Source: Candidatus Versatilivorator sp.
GTDB lineage: Bacteria; Acidobacteriota; Terriglobia; Versatilivoradales; Versatilivoraceae
NCBI GenBank assembly: GCA_965207735.1
Contig: OZ242296.1
Location: forward strand, 2,240,001-2,304,000
Reading direction: 5' to 3'
Length of the DNA stretch: 64,000 nucleotides
The notes under the pieces were generated by a model. That model searched no databases, was not told the origin of the DNA, and saw nothing but the letters and a program-made list of their open reading frames with translations. The position numbers and the translations under genes are program-made. Positions 1 through 10,199 of this stretch are shown here, piece after piece (position 1 is the first letter of the stretch; each line of letters opens with the position of its first letter).

Positions 1-230
1 TGCCCCTTCGTGGTCCTTCGTGCCCCTTCGTGGAAATCTGTTAACCCCCGTCACGATTCCCCTCCGAACCCTCCGTGGAAATCTTTTTCCCTTTTCTCCC
101 CTTCCCGATCCGTGGCAACCCCCTCTCGAATTACCTCCGACGCCTTAGTGCCCCTTCGTGGTCCTTCGTGCCCCTTCGTGGAAATCTGTTAACCCCCGTC
201 ACGATTCCCCTCCGGACCCCCTTCGTGGAT
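1..230 (+). repeat. Family C short-repeat array (GTGCCCCTTCGTGG / CCTTCGTG motif), partial ~148-bp units
   Basis: tgccccttcgtggtccttcgtgccccttcgtggaaatctgttaacccccgtcacgattcccct occurs at 1 and 149; the reverse complement occurs at 8740-9210. Confidence 0.85.
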
Positions 231-235
231 TACTC

Positions 236-1291
236 CTATCGCAACGCGATCGGGCGCATGGTGAAGCCGGCGGTGCTGCCCTTGATCTTGTTGGTGGCGG
301 CGATGTAGCAGAACTCGTAGACCCGGTCGGCGGCCAGCTCCTCCAGGTAGTGGAACTCGGCCACGTGCACCCCCTGCTCCACCAGCAGGTACTCGTGCAC
401 CGGGATGAAGCTGGTGCTTCCGGCCGGCGCCGGGGCCACCTCCAGCCCTGAGGTGTCGGACCCTACCATGATGGCCCCCTTCTCTTCCACCAGCCACCTG
501 GCGGCCTCCAGGTTGATCCCGGCCGAGTCGTGGGCCCCGATCTTGTGGTGGTCTCCCCCGGCTTCCCCCCAGTAGCGCAGGGTCCCGGTGCGCACGAAGA
601 CGGCGTCGCCGGGCTCGATCCCGGTGCCCTGCTTCTCCAGGGCGGCCTCGAGGTCCTTGGGACCGATGGCGGTCCCTCCCGGCAAGGCTTCGACTCCCTT
701 GTTGCCGGCCACGTCAATCAGAACGCCCCGCACCACGATGGGAGGGATGGTGGAGGCGTCGGCCTTGCGGATGCCGAAGTTGCCGCCCCACTCGGCCTCG
801 GTGAAGCCGTTGTACCAGTGGTCGTCCTCTCCGGTGGTGATGTGGCCCAGGCTGTCGATCTGGGTGGCCACGTTGTCGTTGATGAAGAGGGCGCAGCTAT
901 GCCAGGCCAGCCGGGCCGGGTTCACCGATGCCGCGGTGAAGTCCAGGTCCTGCTGGCGTTTGACCCCCTCGGGGGTGCGGAAGGAGATGATCTCGCCCGG
1001 GGAGTGGCCCGGCCACTTGTAGGAGGTGCGGTCGTAGTCGATACCCAGGTCGTAGACTTTTCCCTTCTTGACCAGGCCGACGGCTTCGAGCACCGATCGG
1101 GGAGTCATGGCGTTGAGGGAGCCCACTTCGTCGTCCTTTCCCCAGACCCATCCCCAACCCCGGCCCTTCTTCCAGCCCTTCAGCTCATGGCCCGACGGGT
1201 CGGCCAGGGTCCAGGCTGTCCATCCCAGCAGCAGGGCGCCTACGACGAGAAGGGCCGGCAGCCGATGTGTCGATGTGGTGGTGTGTCTCAT
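236..1291 (-). CDS. Exported cyclase-family (kynurenine formamidase-like) metal-dependent hydrolase
   Basis: Signal peptide; WGKDDEVGSLN, ATQIDSLGH, RGVLIDVA, GDAVFVRTG, VGSDT and PVHEYLL motifs of the cyclase family. Confidence 0.85.
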   Translation of the reverse strand: MRHTTTSTHRLPALLVVGALLLGWTAWTLADPSGHELKGWKKGRGWGWVWGKDDEVGSLNAMTPRSVLEAVGLVKKGKVYDLGIDYDRTSYKWPGHSPGEIISFRTPEGVKRQQDLDFTAASVNPARLAWHSCALFINDNVATQIDSLGHITTGEDDHWYNGFTEAEWGGNFGIRKADASTIPPIVVRGVLIDVAGNKGVEALPGGTAIGPKDLEAALEKQGTGIEPGDAVFVRTGTLRYWGEAGGDHHKIGAHDSAGINLEAARWLVEEKGAIMVGSDTSGLEVAPAPAGSTSFIPVHEYLLVEQGVHVAEFHYLEELAADRVYEFCYIAATNKIKGSTAGFTMRPIALR

Positions 1292-1410
1292 CCTCTCCTC
1301 CCGGAAGTTTGTGCTTCGATTGAAACGGATATTCTTGGCTCTGAGAATCTATCGGAGAGGCGGGCGTATTTCAAGGGGGAGGGGGTGGGGTTGGCGCTTC
1401 GGGGTGAGGT

Positions 1411-1701
1411 GCTGACGCCGCCTTCGCGGCTCGGGGTTTTGCATCTTTTCCCATGGGCTTACGCCCACGGCTACCTGCTGACGCCGCCTTCGCGGCTCGG
1501 GGTTGCATCCCTTCCCATGGGCTTACGCCCACGGCTACCTGCTGGCGCCGCCTTCGCGGCTCGGGGGTTTTCATCTCTTCCCATGGGCTTACGCCCACGG
1601 CTACCTGCTGACGCCGCCTTCGCGGCTCAGGGTTTTGCATCCCTTCCCATGGGCTTACGCCCACGGCTACCTGCTGGCGCGGCTTCGCCGCTCGACTGGT
1701 G
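1411..1701. repeat. Tandem array of family A REP-like palindromes, 4 units of 64-66 bp plus a terminal hairpin
   Basis: gctgacgccgccttcgcggct...cccatgggcttacgcccacggctacct units start at 1411, 1477, 1541 and 1607; the terminal hairpin starts at 1673. Confidence 0.9.
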
Positions 1702-1709
1702 TCCCTCCA

Positions 1710-2300
1710 ACCCCTTCGTGTTCCTTGGTGGATCTTCGTGCCCCTTCGTCGACAAATCTTTTTGCCCCGTCGCGGTTCTTTGTGGATTCCCGCCTTGAAA
1801 GACGGGGGGCGGTGTTCACCCCCCACCGCATCAGCCTTCGCCGTTCGGCTCGGCTTCTGCGACTCCCCCTCAAGGGGGGAGTGATTATCTTTGCAGTGAA
1901 GTGGGCGGGATAGGCAAAGCCGTGCCAGGCCTTGTGCGGGCGGGACGCCCGCGCAAGACCTGGCACAATGAAAGAGAATCCGGTAAAGGCGGGTCTGGTG
2001 CGCTTCCAACGGGCGTGCCGTGGATGGGAGGCTGTTTGCAGGAATAAGGATGCGGGCGGGACGCCCGCGCTCCCGGGGGCTCATTTCATGGCGTCGCTGG
2101 GGAAAAAGACTCGCTTGTGCGGCGCTTCCCGGGCGGGTAAACAGCCAGAGCGAAGGGACGAGATTGCCGGACTATACCGTAGCGCAACTTTTGGCGTGCA
2201 AACGGATATTGGCGCCGTTTGTGGTTTGCGGAAGTGGGAGGGGTGGCGGGCCTTGTGCGGGCGGGACGCCCGCGTTCCCGGGGGGATCCCTTCGTGGATG
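1710..2300. repeat. Mixed repeat block: family C, one family B element and three family E palindromes (GCGGGCGGGACGCCCGCG)
   Basis: actccccctcaagggggggagtgat at ~1862; gcgggcgggacgcccgcg at ~1936, 2052 and 2257. Confidence 0.8.
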
Positions 2301-2390
2301 TCTTTTTCGTGGAAAACGCGGAAGCCCTGCGATGTTGGCTACTGGGGGAACTTTCCGGCGGAGGCCTGACCCGAAGCCCGAACCCGATAA

Positions 2391-2750
2391 CTAACTGAAG
2401 AAGGCCAGCTTGATCAGCAGCGCCAATCCTGTTGCGCCACCGCCAAAAACCGCGACTTCAAGCCTTGTCAACCGGTTCTCCAGCTTGGCGATGTCCTGCC
2501 TGGTCGCGGCCCTCAAGTTGGCGATGTCTTCCTTGGTCGCGGCCCTCAAGTCGGCGATGTCTTCCCTGGTCGCGGCCCTCAAGTCGGCGATGTCTTCCCT
2601 GGTCGCGGCCCTCAAGTTGGCGATGTCTTCCCTGGTCGCCAGCACATCGGAGACCGGGATGGCTTCGGCGGCGGCTTTGGCCTTGTCTTCCGGAGCGCCG
2701 GCGGCAATCAGGGCTTCGTAGACTTCGCTCACCATGATCCCCATGGTCAC
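2391..2750 (-). CDS. DUF1640/CCDC90-like coiled-coil protein with C-terminal membrane anchor
   Basis: YEALIAAGAPEDKAKAAAE head, repeated ATREDIADLRA stalk, hydrophobic C-terminus; GGAGGA-type RBS. Confidence 0.75.
   Translation of the reverse strand: MTMGIMVSEVYEALIAAGAPEDKAKAAAEAIPVSDVLATREDIANLRAATREDIADLRAATREDIADLRAATKEDIANLRAATRQDIAKLENRLTRLEVAVFGGGATGLALLIKLAFFS
2488..2640. repeat. In-frame 33-bp tandem repeat (4 full units plus 1 partial)
   Basis: gcgatgtc starts at 2488, 2521, 2554, 2587 and 2620. Confidence 0.95.
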
Positions 2751-2889
2751 TTCCTCCCCGGTAAACTCCCCTGCAGCCGGACAAGGCTTGCCGTCAATCT
2801 TTCTTTTATTTTCTCACACACCACACCCCAATGCCAGGAATAGCAGATGAGGGTTCCTGAACGGGGCAACCCATTGCAAGCAGCGCCTG

Positions 2890-3545
2890 AGCCCTTGGTG
2901 GCCCTTCGCCGTTCCTTCGTGGCCCTTCGTGGAAATGTTGTTGCCTTTTCGCCCCTCGCGGATATCTTCTTCCCCCTTCCCGACCCTTGGCGAACCCCTC
3001 TCGATCTACCCCCGACGCCTTAGTGCCCCTTCGTCGTTCTTCGTGCCCCTTCGTGGATATCTTTTTGCCTTTTCCTTTTCGCCCTTCGCGGAAATCTTCT
3101 GCCCCCTTCCCGACCCTTGGCGAACCCCTCTCGATCTACCCCCAATGCCTTCGTGCCCCTTCGCCGTTCTTCGTGCCCCTTCGTGGATATCTTTTTGCCT
3201 TTTCGCCCTTCGTGGAAATCTCCTTCCCCCTACCCGACCCTTGGCGGATCCCTATCGATCTACCCCCGACGCCTTAGTGCCCCTTCGTCGTTCTTCGTGC
3301 CCCTTCGTGGATATGTTTTTGCCTTTTCCTTTTCGCCCCTCGCGGATTTCTCCTTCCCCCTTCCCGACCCTTGGCGAACCCCTCTCGATCTACCCCCGAC
3401 GCCTTAGTGCCCCTTCGCCGTTCTTCGTGGCCCTTCGTGGATATGTTTTTGCCTTTTCCTTTTCGCCCCTCGTGGATAAATCTTTTTACCCCGTCGCGGT
3501 TCTACGCGGCCGGGCCTTGTGCGGGCGGGACGCCCGCGCTCCCGG
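2890..3545 (+). repeat. Family C array, about 4 degenerate 120-130 bp units, ending in a family E palindrome
   Basis: Recurrent cccgacccttggcgaacccctctcgatctacccccgacgccttagtgccccttcg units. Confidence 0.85.
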
Positions 3546-3641
3546 GGGGCATCGTCTCATGACAGCACTATTCGTCTGAAGGGAGGAGCGGTGCGGGATT
3601 GGCACGCCGGAGCCCTTGGTGGACCCGCTTCGTGGATCGGC

Positions 3642-5411
3642 TCAGTTTCCGAGGTTTTCTCCCCTGGCCGGGGAACGTGCTCCTCCGAACTCCGGATCGG
3701 GAATCACCAGGGCCAGGTAACCGGTGGCCATGTCCAAGGATGCTCCCTGCATGGAATCGATCAGGATCATGGCCATTCCATGGGCATGACGGAAGCCTGC
3801 CCGGGCGATGGCGTATCCCTCGAATCCGGGCAGGAAATCGCTGCAGGTAAACGAAACGGTATCGCCCGCGGCCAGGCTGGAGGCGATCTCCATCACCATG
3901 GTCGGCGGCACCCTTCCGCTGGAGCCGTCGAAAGTGGGGATGCTCCTGGCAAAGGCATGAAACACGACGCTTCCGGACTGCTCCACCGCACCGCCGCTGA
4001 GTCCGAAGACCCCGTCGTCGCTGGTGGTGTTGGCAATGGAAATGACCATGTCCCAATTGGGGTAGGCGCCGCAATTGAGTTGGGGGAACAGCAGGTAGGT
4101 GACACACGGGGTGAAGTTCAGGATGCGGCCGTCGGGAAAGACGATCTCCGGATCGGATTCCGGCATCATCAGGTAGGAAAGCACCGAAGCGCGATCGTCG
4201 TCCTCACCGCTCTTGCCGGCCGGTCCAAGCCAAGCCCAGATATCGGCGATGCCGCCGGACCCCGCCATGTCGGGGTCGACTTCAACCGTGAACTCGATCT
4301 TGAAGAAATCCGAAACGGTGGCGACGTTCCTGTCGCCAGCGCCGGTCCTGCCCTCCGCGGTGGCGGCGTAGATGTAGGTGACCGTCTCGCCGGTGCCGGC
4401 AGCCACCGTCTCGCCCTCGACCTCTTCCTGACCGGCACCCCTATTATTGGCCGCATCCACCTGTCCGGCCTCTCGACGGGATGCATCCGTCAGGGTGAGA
4501 TTGCTCCAAGCGTTACGGGGGGAGGCATCCTGGTCGGGATCCATGAAATTGACCCCATGGGGCCAGCGCAAGTCGGTCCCCTCGGGCAAGTTGTTCACCT
4601 GGATGGTGACCCTGGTGGAGCCGATCCCGGATCCTTCATCGTCTTCCCAGGCCCGGGCGAAGCCCTCGGTCACCGTGATGGACGGGACGCCGCCGATGGG
4701 AACTTCAACGTCGTCGGCCGTATCGGCGGTGCCCTGGTCATCGGTCATGGTTCCGAGGTTGCACAGGAGCCGGTTGGCGCGCCCGACTTCAACCCTCAAG
4801 CCGTCCCTGACGATGGACACCCTGCCCCCCACGTTTTCGGACCTCTCCCGATCGATGGGAACGAACCCGGTGGGAGCCGTGGCGGAATTGATGGAGGCCA
4901 GGATCCTGTCTCCATCGGACAGGCGCGAAACGTCGGCTCGCACTCCCCGCAGAACCACAAAGCCGAACTGGCCGGCATCGGGCCGGGCGGTCCCCAGGGC
5001 GAGGGTGACCGTGCCGACCCCGGTGTCCTTGTCATTGGCGATGGTTGCGGCAATGCCGCCGTCGCAACTGGTGTCGGCTTCTCCTTCGGCGTCAGTCTGG
5101 TTGAAGGTACCGGCGCACAGCAACTCGGCGCCTCCGGTGAGATAGAGGCCACCGTAGTTCACGGTGACGGTCCTGCCGTCATCGATATCGCCGCCGCCGT
5201 GGGAGTAGTCCAGCCGGATGGCGCCCATCTCCTGGTTGCGTCCGTGCTGGACCACGGTCGTCTCGGATTTGGAGACTATGAATCCTTGGGCGTTGGCCCG
5301 CGTAAGGGACAGTCCCGGCAGGAGCAAGGCGCACAATAGAAGGGTTGATGGTGTTCGCAGGTTCTCGGTCGCCATTGTGAAGATCCAGCGGAGAAACGGC
5401 CGTCGTATCAA
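3642..5411 (-). CDS. Secreted acidic protein, putative S-layer protein paralog B (start TTG 5411 or ATG 5375)
   Basis: Signal peptide ending ANA-Q; alignable end to end with 6617-8326; C-terminal CVTYLLFP..C / ISIANTT / GYAIARAGFRHAHG motif; GAGGAG RBS before 5411. Confidence 0.7.
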   Translation of the reverse strand: MIRRPFLRWIFTMATENLRTPSTLLLCALLLPGLSLTRANAQGFIVSKSETTVVQHGRNQEMGAIRLDYSHGGGDIDDGRTVTVNYGGLYLTGGAELLCAGTFNQTDAEGEADTSCDGGIAATIANDKDTGVGTVTLALGTARPDAGQFGFVVLRGVRADVSRLSDGDRILASINSATAPTGFVPIDRERSENVGGRVSIVRDGLRVEVGRANRLLCNLGTMTDDQGTADTADDVEVPIGGVPSITVTEGFARAWEDDEGSGIGSTRVTIQVNNLPEGTDLRWPHGVNFMDPDQDASPRNAWSNLTLTDASRREAGQVDAANNRGAGQEEVEGETVAAGTGETVTYIYAATAEGRTGAGDRNVATVSDFFKIEFTVEVDPDMAGSGGIADIWAWLGPAGKSGEDDDRASVLSYLMMPESDPEIVFPDGRILNFTPCVTYLLFPQLNCGAYPNWDMVISIANTTSDDGVFGLSGGAVEQSGSVVFHAFARSIPTFDGSSGRVPPTMVMEIASSLAAGDTVSFTCSDFLPGFEGYAIARAGFRHAHGMAMILIDSMQGASLDMATGYLALVIPDPEFGGARSPARGENLGN

Positions 5412-5532
5412 TTCTTTCTCCTCAATGAAGTATGCCGCGGATTCGCCCAGTGCTTATCGACACCCCGACGGAATTCGCGCCGGCTTCCGAGCCGCCGGGT
5501 GAATGCCAGCCAGGACCAGGGTCCATTGAAGT

Positions 5533-6384
5533 CTAGGGATTCGCCGGTTCGGAGGGCCTACTGCCGGCGGCTTCCCGCGAGGGGCTGGGGGGCTGGGCGG
5601 CCTCTTCGGGAGTGTACACCTTGCCCGTGATGCGAAGCTTGACCATTTCCTTGACGGGCTCGAACTGGACGAAGAAATCCTGCACAAAAACTCCGTGAAG
5701 CTTGGCCGTGTCGAGTTCCACCAGGATCTCTCCCGATTCCCCGGCCGGAATCACCCGCTTTTCCGTCCTGTCGGCGATGAGACGCTCGGGACCATGGATC
5801 CTCTCGACCACAATGTCTCCGGAGGAAGCGTTGCGAAAGGAATAACGGGATTGGACGGGATCGCCCTGCACGGCCGTTGCGAAATCGAAGACCGATTGCT
5901 CGAACTCCGCCTTGGTGGCGGCTCCCAGCTTATCGTAGTAGTACTCCCTGAAAAGCTCGGCATCGGATTGGGGAGGATCGGCCGGGTCCAGGAACCACTC
6001 CCCCTCCTGCTTCTTCCAGCGAAACCTATCCCTGACCGTCAAGCGGCTGATTCCCCCGGCCGCGACCACTCGGCTAATAGTGACGATCGCCGAACTGTTG
6101 CCGACGTCGGGTTCCACGCCCACGATGCGGAAGTTGCTGATTCGGGCCTTCCCTGACCGGGAGACGTCGACGGCATCCCTGGAACCGGGAAGGATGAACT
6201 CCCTGGCCTGGCTGAAACGCCGGGCGTGAACCGCCCTGAAGTAGGCGGTCACCCGCTGCTTGAGCTGCTCCACGTCGGCCTGGCCTCCCTCCTCCGAACC
6301 GGTCACGGCACTTGCCGACATCCAGGACGCCAGCAGGACGGCCAACAAACCCGTGGAAAGCAGAATACACGTCGATCGCAGCAT
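5533..6384 (-). CDS. Exported protein with NTF2-like N-domain and DUF1573 Ig-like C-domain
   Basis: Signal peptide; FDFATAVQGDPVQSRYSFRN...IPAGESGEILVELDT...LRITGKV matches the DUF1573 pattern. Confidence 0.65.
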   Translation of the reverse strand: MLRSTCILLSTGLLAVLLASWMSASAVTGSEEGGQADVEQLKQRVTAYFRAVHARRFSQAREFILPGSRDAVDVSRSGKARISNFRIVGVEPDVGNSSAIVTISRVVAAGGISRLTVRDRFRWKKQEGEWFLDPADPPQSDAELFREYYYDKLGAATKAEFEQSVFDFATAVQGDPVQSRYSFRNASSGDIVVERIHGPERLIADRTEKRVIPAGESGEILVELDTAKLHGVFVQDFFVQFEPVKEMVKLRITGKVYTPEEAAQPPSPSREAAGSRPSEPANP

Positions 6385-6559
6385 TTCCGAATCCCCTTTT
6401 TAAGAATTATCCCCGATTCTACCCAACCAAGAACCGCCCTGCGAACCCTGCCCGGATGAGGCTTCGACAGAGTATGCCGCCGAACCGGCCCGACATTGTC
6501 AACCTCGGGCCGGCAGCTCTGCCCTGATCACCCGCCACAAGGGTTCCCGTCCGGCAGAG

Positions 6560-6594
6560 AAAAAAAAAGGGTAGCCACCGGAGTGGCTACCCTT
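6560..6594 (-). terminator. Rho-independent terminator after paralog A
   Basis: Minus strand reads AAGGGTAGCCAC-TCCG-GTGGCTACCCTT followed by a U tract, 22 nt after the stop codon. Confidence 0.9.
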
Positions 6595-6616
6595 GCAATC
6601 GGCATGGAGGCCTGGA

Positions 6617-8326
6617 CTACTGCCCCAGGCTTTCTCCATCGTTGGCTCCTCTTCCGGCGTTGTTGAATTCCGGATCGGGAATCACCAGGGCCAGGTAGCC
6701 ATGGGCCACGTCCTGGGAAGCTCCGTCGGCAAAGTTACCCAGGACGATAGCCATTCCGTGGGCATGACGGAAGCGCGCCTTGGCTATGGCATACCCTTCG
6801 AACCCGGGCATGATGGTGCTGCAGGTGGTCGAATAGGTATCGCCCGCGGCCAGGCTGTCGGTCAGCATCATGCTCATGGGTTTTGCCATGTGCTTCATGC
6901 TGTCCTCACCGTAGGTGCTCCGCGGGAAGGCGTGCAGAATGATGTCTCCGTTCTGGGCCGCCGCACCGTCACTGATTCCAAAGACTCCGTCATCCAGGGT
7001 GGTGTTGGAGATGGCGATGGCGGTGGTCCAGGCGGGGTCAGAGCCGCAGGTGAGGTAGGGGAAGAGCAGATAGGTGACGCACTCGGTGAAGTTGATGATG
7101 TCACCATCGTCGGATTCCGGATCGGTAACCGGGCTCATGTTGTAGGACAGTATCGTACCCCGGTCGTCGTCGTCACCGCTCTTGCCGGCCGGTGAAAGAA
7201 ACGCCCAGAGATCGGAGATGCCGCCGGCGCCCACGTCGGCCAGTGTGGCGATGTCGACATCGAACTCGATCTTGAAGGCTTCGGACTCGGTGGTCACGCT
7301 CTTGTCGTTGGCGCCGGTCCTGCCTGCCGCTTCATTCGAGTACACATAGGTGACCTCATCGCCGGCGGTGGCAGCGACAGTCGTGCCATCGACGTCTTCC
7401 TGACCCGCACCCGTAGTGCCGACAACCCTGCCGGCAGTCCGCCGGGAGGCGTCCGTCAGGGTGAGAGTGCTCCATACAGTGTCCACGTCTTCGGCGGGAT
7501 CCGCGAACGTGACCGTATGCGGCCAGCGCAAGTTCACTCCCTTAGGCAGATTGAGCATCTTGACGGTGATGTTGGTGGCGGAGATCCCGGATTGTTCCAC
7601 GCTTTCAAAGGCCGTGGCGAAACCCTCCGTCACCGTGATCGACGGGGTGCCGCCGATGGGAGTCGAAGTATCGTCTGCAGTGTCGTCCGTGCCTTGGTCA
7701 TCTACAAGGTCACCGATGTTGCACAGGAGCCGGCTGGCGCCCCCGAGCGTCACGGCCAAGCCGCCCTTGACGGTGGACACCACGCCACCCACGCTCTCGG
7801 TCCTGTCCTGGCCGATGGGAACGAAACCGCTCGGGGCCGAGGAGGAATTGACCGAGGCCACGATGGTGTCGCCGGCGGACAGGCCCGAAACGTCGGCCCT
7901 GACGTTTTTCAGAATGACGAAAGACCCGGCCGCCCGGCCCGCGGTCCCCATGCTGATGGTGACCGTTCCGACGCCGGTGTCGTCATCGTTGGCAACGGCA
8001 GCCGTGATAGCGGAGCAGGTGTCGGTTCCGAAACCGCCGCCGCACTGCAATGTAGCGGTGCCAGCGGTGGTGGAAGCGTTGTCGTTGGCAATGGCGGCGG
8101 AGGTGATCCTCAAACTACCGTAGGTCACCGTGATGGTCCTGCCGTCATCGATGTTGCCGCCGCTGGCAGCGTAGTCCAGCCGGATGGCGCCCATCGGCTG
8201 GTTTCTACCATGCATGACCACATCGGTCTCGCTCTTGGAGACGGTGAACCCTTGGGCATTCACCTGGGTCGCAGCCATCCCCAGCATGAGCAAAGCACAT
8301 ACTGCAATGGTAAATGTAACTCTCAT
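6617..8326 (-). CDS. Secreted acidic Ala/Thr/Asp/Gly-rich protein, putative major S-layer protein paralog A
   Basis: ATG 8326 with GAGGAG RBS; signal peptide MRVTFTIAVCALLMLGMAATQVNA-Q; six mature-region Cys conserved with paralog B; own promoter and terminator. Confidence 0.75.
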   Translation of the reverse strand: MRVTFTIAVCALLMLGMAATQVNAQGFTVSKSETDVVMHGRNQPMGAIRLDYAASGGNIDDGRTITVTYGSLRITSAAIANDNASTTAGTATLQCGGGFGTDTCSAITAAVANDDDTGVGTVTISMGTAGRAAGSFVILKNVRADVSGLSAGDTIVASVNSSSAPSGFVPIGQDRTESVGGVVSTVKGGLAVTLGGASRLLCNIGDLVDDQGTDDTADDTSTPIGGTPSITVTEGFATAFESVEQSGISATNITVKMLNLPKGVNLRWPHTVTFADPAEDVDTVWSTLTLTDASRRTAGRVVGTTGAGQEDVDGTTVAATAGDEVTYVYSNEAAGRTGANDKSVTTESEAFKIEFDVDIATLADVGAGGISDLWAFLSPAGKSGDDDDRGTILSYNMSPVTDPESDDGDIINFTECVTYLLFPYLTCGSDPAWTTAIAISNTTLDDGVFGISDGAAAQNGDIILHAFPRSTYGEDSMKHMAKPMSMMLTDSLAAGDTYSTTCSTIMPGFEGYAIAKARFRHAHGMAIVLGNFADGASQDVAHGYLALVIPDPEFNNAGRGANDGESLGQ

Positions 8327-8557
8327 TTTCTCTCCTCTTTGTTTGGATCTAAAAACTAAAGACACTTCACATTTTTAACGAACAACGATGGAAACTCCAG
8401 TGGCAGCAGCTTGATATTTAGCGGGCGCTCACCTCCTCTTCCCTGGTGAGAATTTGCTGGAGGAAGCCCTCATGGCCCTCTCGAACAGCCTTCCCGTATC
8501 TATCAAACTGTGCATCACTGCGTACCGAAAAATGAATTTCGCTGCAAAACCAGCGGT

Positions 8558-8607
8558 AAGCTAACACCCTCAAAATGGCCTGTCAAGGATTTTTTTGGGG
8601 TTTTTTG
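8558..8607 (-). promoter_or_regulatory. Near-consensus sigma70 promoter with extended -10 and A-tract UP element
   Basis: TTGACA (8586-8581), 17-nt spacer ending TGT, TAGCTT (8563-8558); AAAAAACCCCAAAAAAA just upstream of the -35. Confidence 0.8.
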
Positions 8608-8739
8608 AGCTAAGAACATCGTAAAACGGGAGTTAGTAGCCGAAGGGACAGTCGCCGGAGGGCCGTGCCGATCCCTCCTTTTCCCCTTCAATTAGAGTAT
8701 GCATCCGGAGGCGGGGGTTTTTGTCAGGGGTAAAAAGAT

Positions 8740-9815
8740 TTCCACCAGGCGGATCCACGAAGGACGCGGAGGGATCGGAGGAGAATCGTGACGGGGGTTA
8801 AAGGATTTCCACGAAGGGGCACGAAGGCGTTGGGGGTGGATCGGGAGGGGGTTGCCAGGGTTCGGAAGGGGGAAAAGGGAAAAAGATTTCCACGAAGGGG
8901 GTCCGAGGGGAATTGTGACGGGGGTTAACAGATTTCCACGAAGGGGCACGAAGGCGTTGGGGGTGGATCGAAAGGGGGTTGCCAGGGTTCGGGAAGGGCA
9001 AAAAGGGGAAAAGATGTCCACGGAGGGTTCGGAGGTGAATCGTGACGGGGGTGAAGGGATTTCCACGAAGGGGGTTCGGAGAGGAATTGTGACGGGGGTT
9101 AACAGATTTCCACGAAGGGGCACGAAGGTCCACGAAGGGGCACTAAGGCGGCGGAGGTGGATCGAGAGGGGGTTGCCAGGGTTCGGGGAGGGGGAAAAGA
9201 TTTCCACGGAGGGTTGCCGATCGCCACTTACGGGACGCCGAGTTTGCCCCCCTCCGGCTCGACTGCGGGCTCCGCCCTCTCGCCGACTCCCCCTCAAGGG
9301 GGGAGTGATACTTGAGGCCTGCACAAGACCTCTTGCCCGATTCCTGGGCGGGGTGTAAACCATGTTCCCGGTCCAATGGGTAAACGCCGTTCCCGGTTAG
9401 TGCCGCGGGTATCACTCCCCCCTTGAGGGGGAGTCGCAGAAGTCGAGCCGAATGGCGAAGGCTGATGCGGTGGGGGGCGGACGCCGGCGCGGCTTTGGGG
9501 GCAACGCGTGCCGTTGAAGTAGGTCCGTCTCGCTTCGCGGCTCTGCGAGCACTGCCGGTCGCCGCTTACGGGACGCCGAGTCTGCCCCCCTCCGGCTCGA
9601 CTGCGGGCTCCGCCCTCTCGCCGACTCCCCCTCAAGGGGGGAGTGATACTCGAGGCTTGCATGGGGCGCCTTGCCTGATTCCTGGGCGGGGTGTAAACCA
9701 TGTTCCCGGTCCAATGGGTAAACGCCGTTCCCGGTTAGTGCCGCGGGTATCACTCCCCCCTTGAGGGGGAGTCGGAGAAGCCGAGCCGAATGGCGAAGGC
9801 TGATCCGGAGGGGGG
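8740..9815. repeat. Family C array in reverse orientation (8740-9210) followed by two family B inverted doublets
   Basis: Repeated ccacgaaggggcacgaagg; actccccctcaaggggggagtgata / atcactccccccttgagggggagtc pairs at ~9286/9411 and 9625/9749. Confidence 0.9.
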
Positions 9816-9914
9816 CCAACGCGGCGTCCCGAGAGTGCTCCTCCCGCCGTCGATCCAGAGGGGGGCAGACGCCACCTACCGGGGATCACAACCCTTCCCG
9901 GTAATCAATTCCGC

Positions 9915-10139
9915 TTACCGAAGAATTTTGCAAATGGCTCTCTTCAGTGTCACGTCTTTGTACCGAACTGAGATCGGCGTTTGAGCAACAAAAGGGATCT
10001 TCCTGGCTCTCAACTCGATTTCCAGGGCTTCCTGGTAAATCGATTCCAGAAAGCCCGGGCCAAGCTCGCGATGCACCTCAATCGCAGCTCCCACAACGGC
10101 GTACACTTCGTCTTTCAATATCAAATCCGACACTGCCAA
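9915..10139 (-). pseudogene. Truncated GxxExxY protein (N-terminal ~65 aa only)
   Basis: VGAAIEVHRELGPGFLESIYQEALEIEL...Q.PISVRYK; stops before the D..VE..(V/I)ELK nuclease-like half. Confidence 0.85.
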
Positions 10140-10199
10140 CTCTCATGGCCCACCTGCCAAGGCTAGAAACAGGCGCCAACCCCTCCCGGTTCTGCATAG

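Noticed and set aside
6468-6502. sigma70 promoter for the DUF1573 gene (TTGACA...CATACT)
   Set aside because: The spacer is 20 nt, too long. The GCGGCATACT also seen upstream of paralog B is too short to support a claim.
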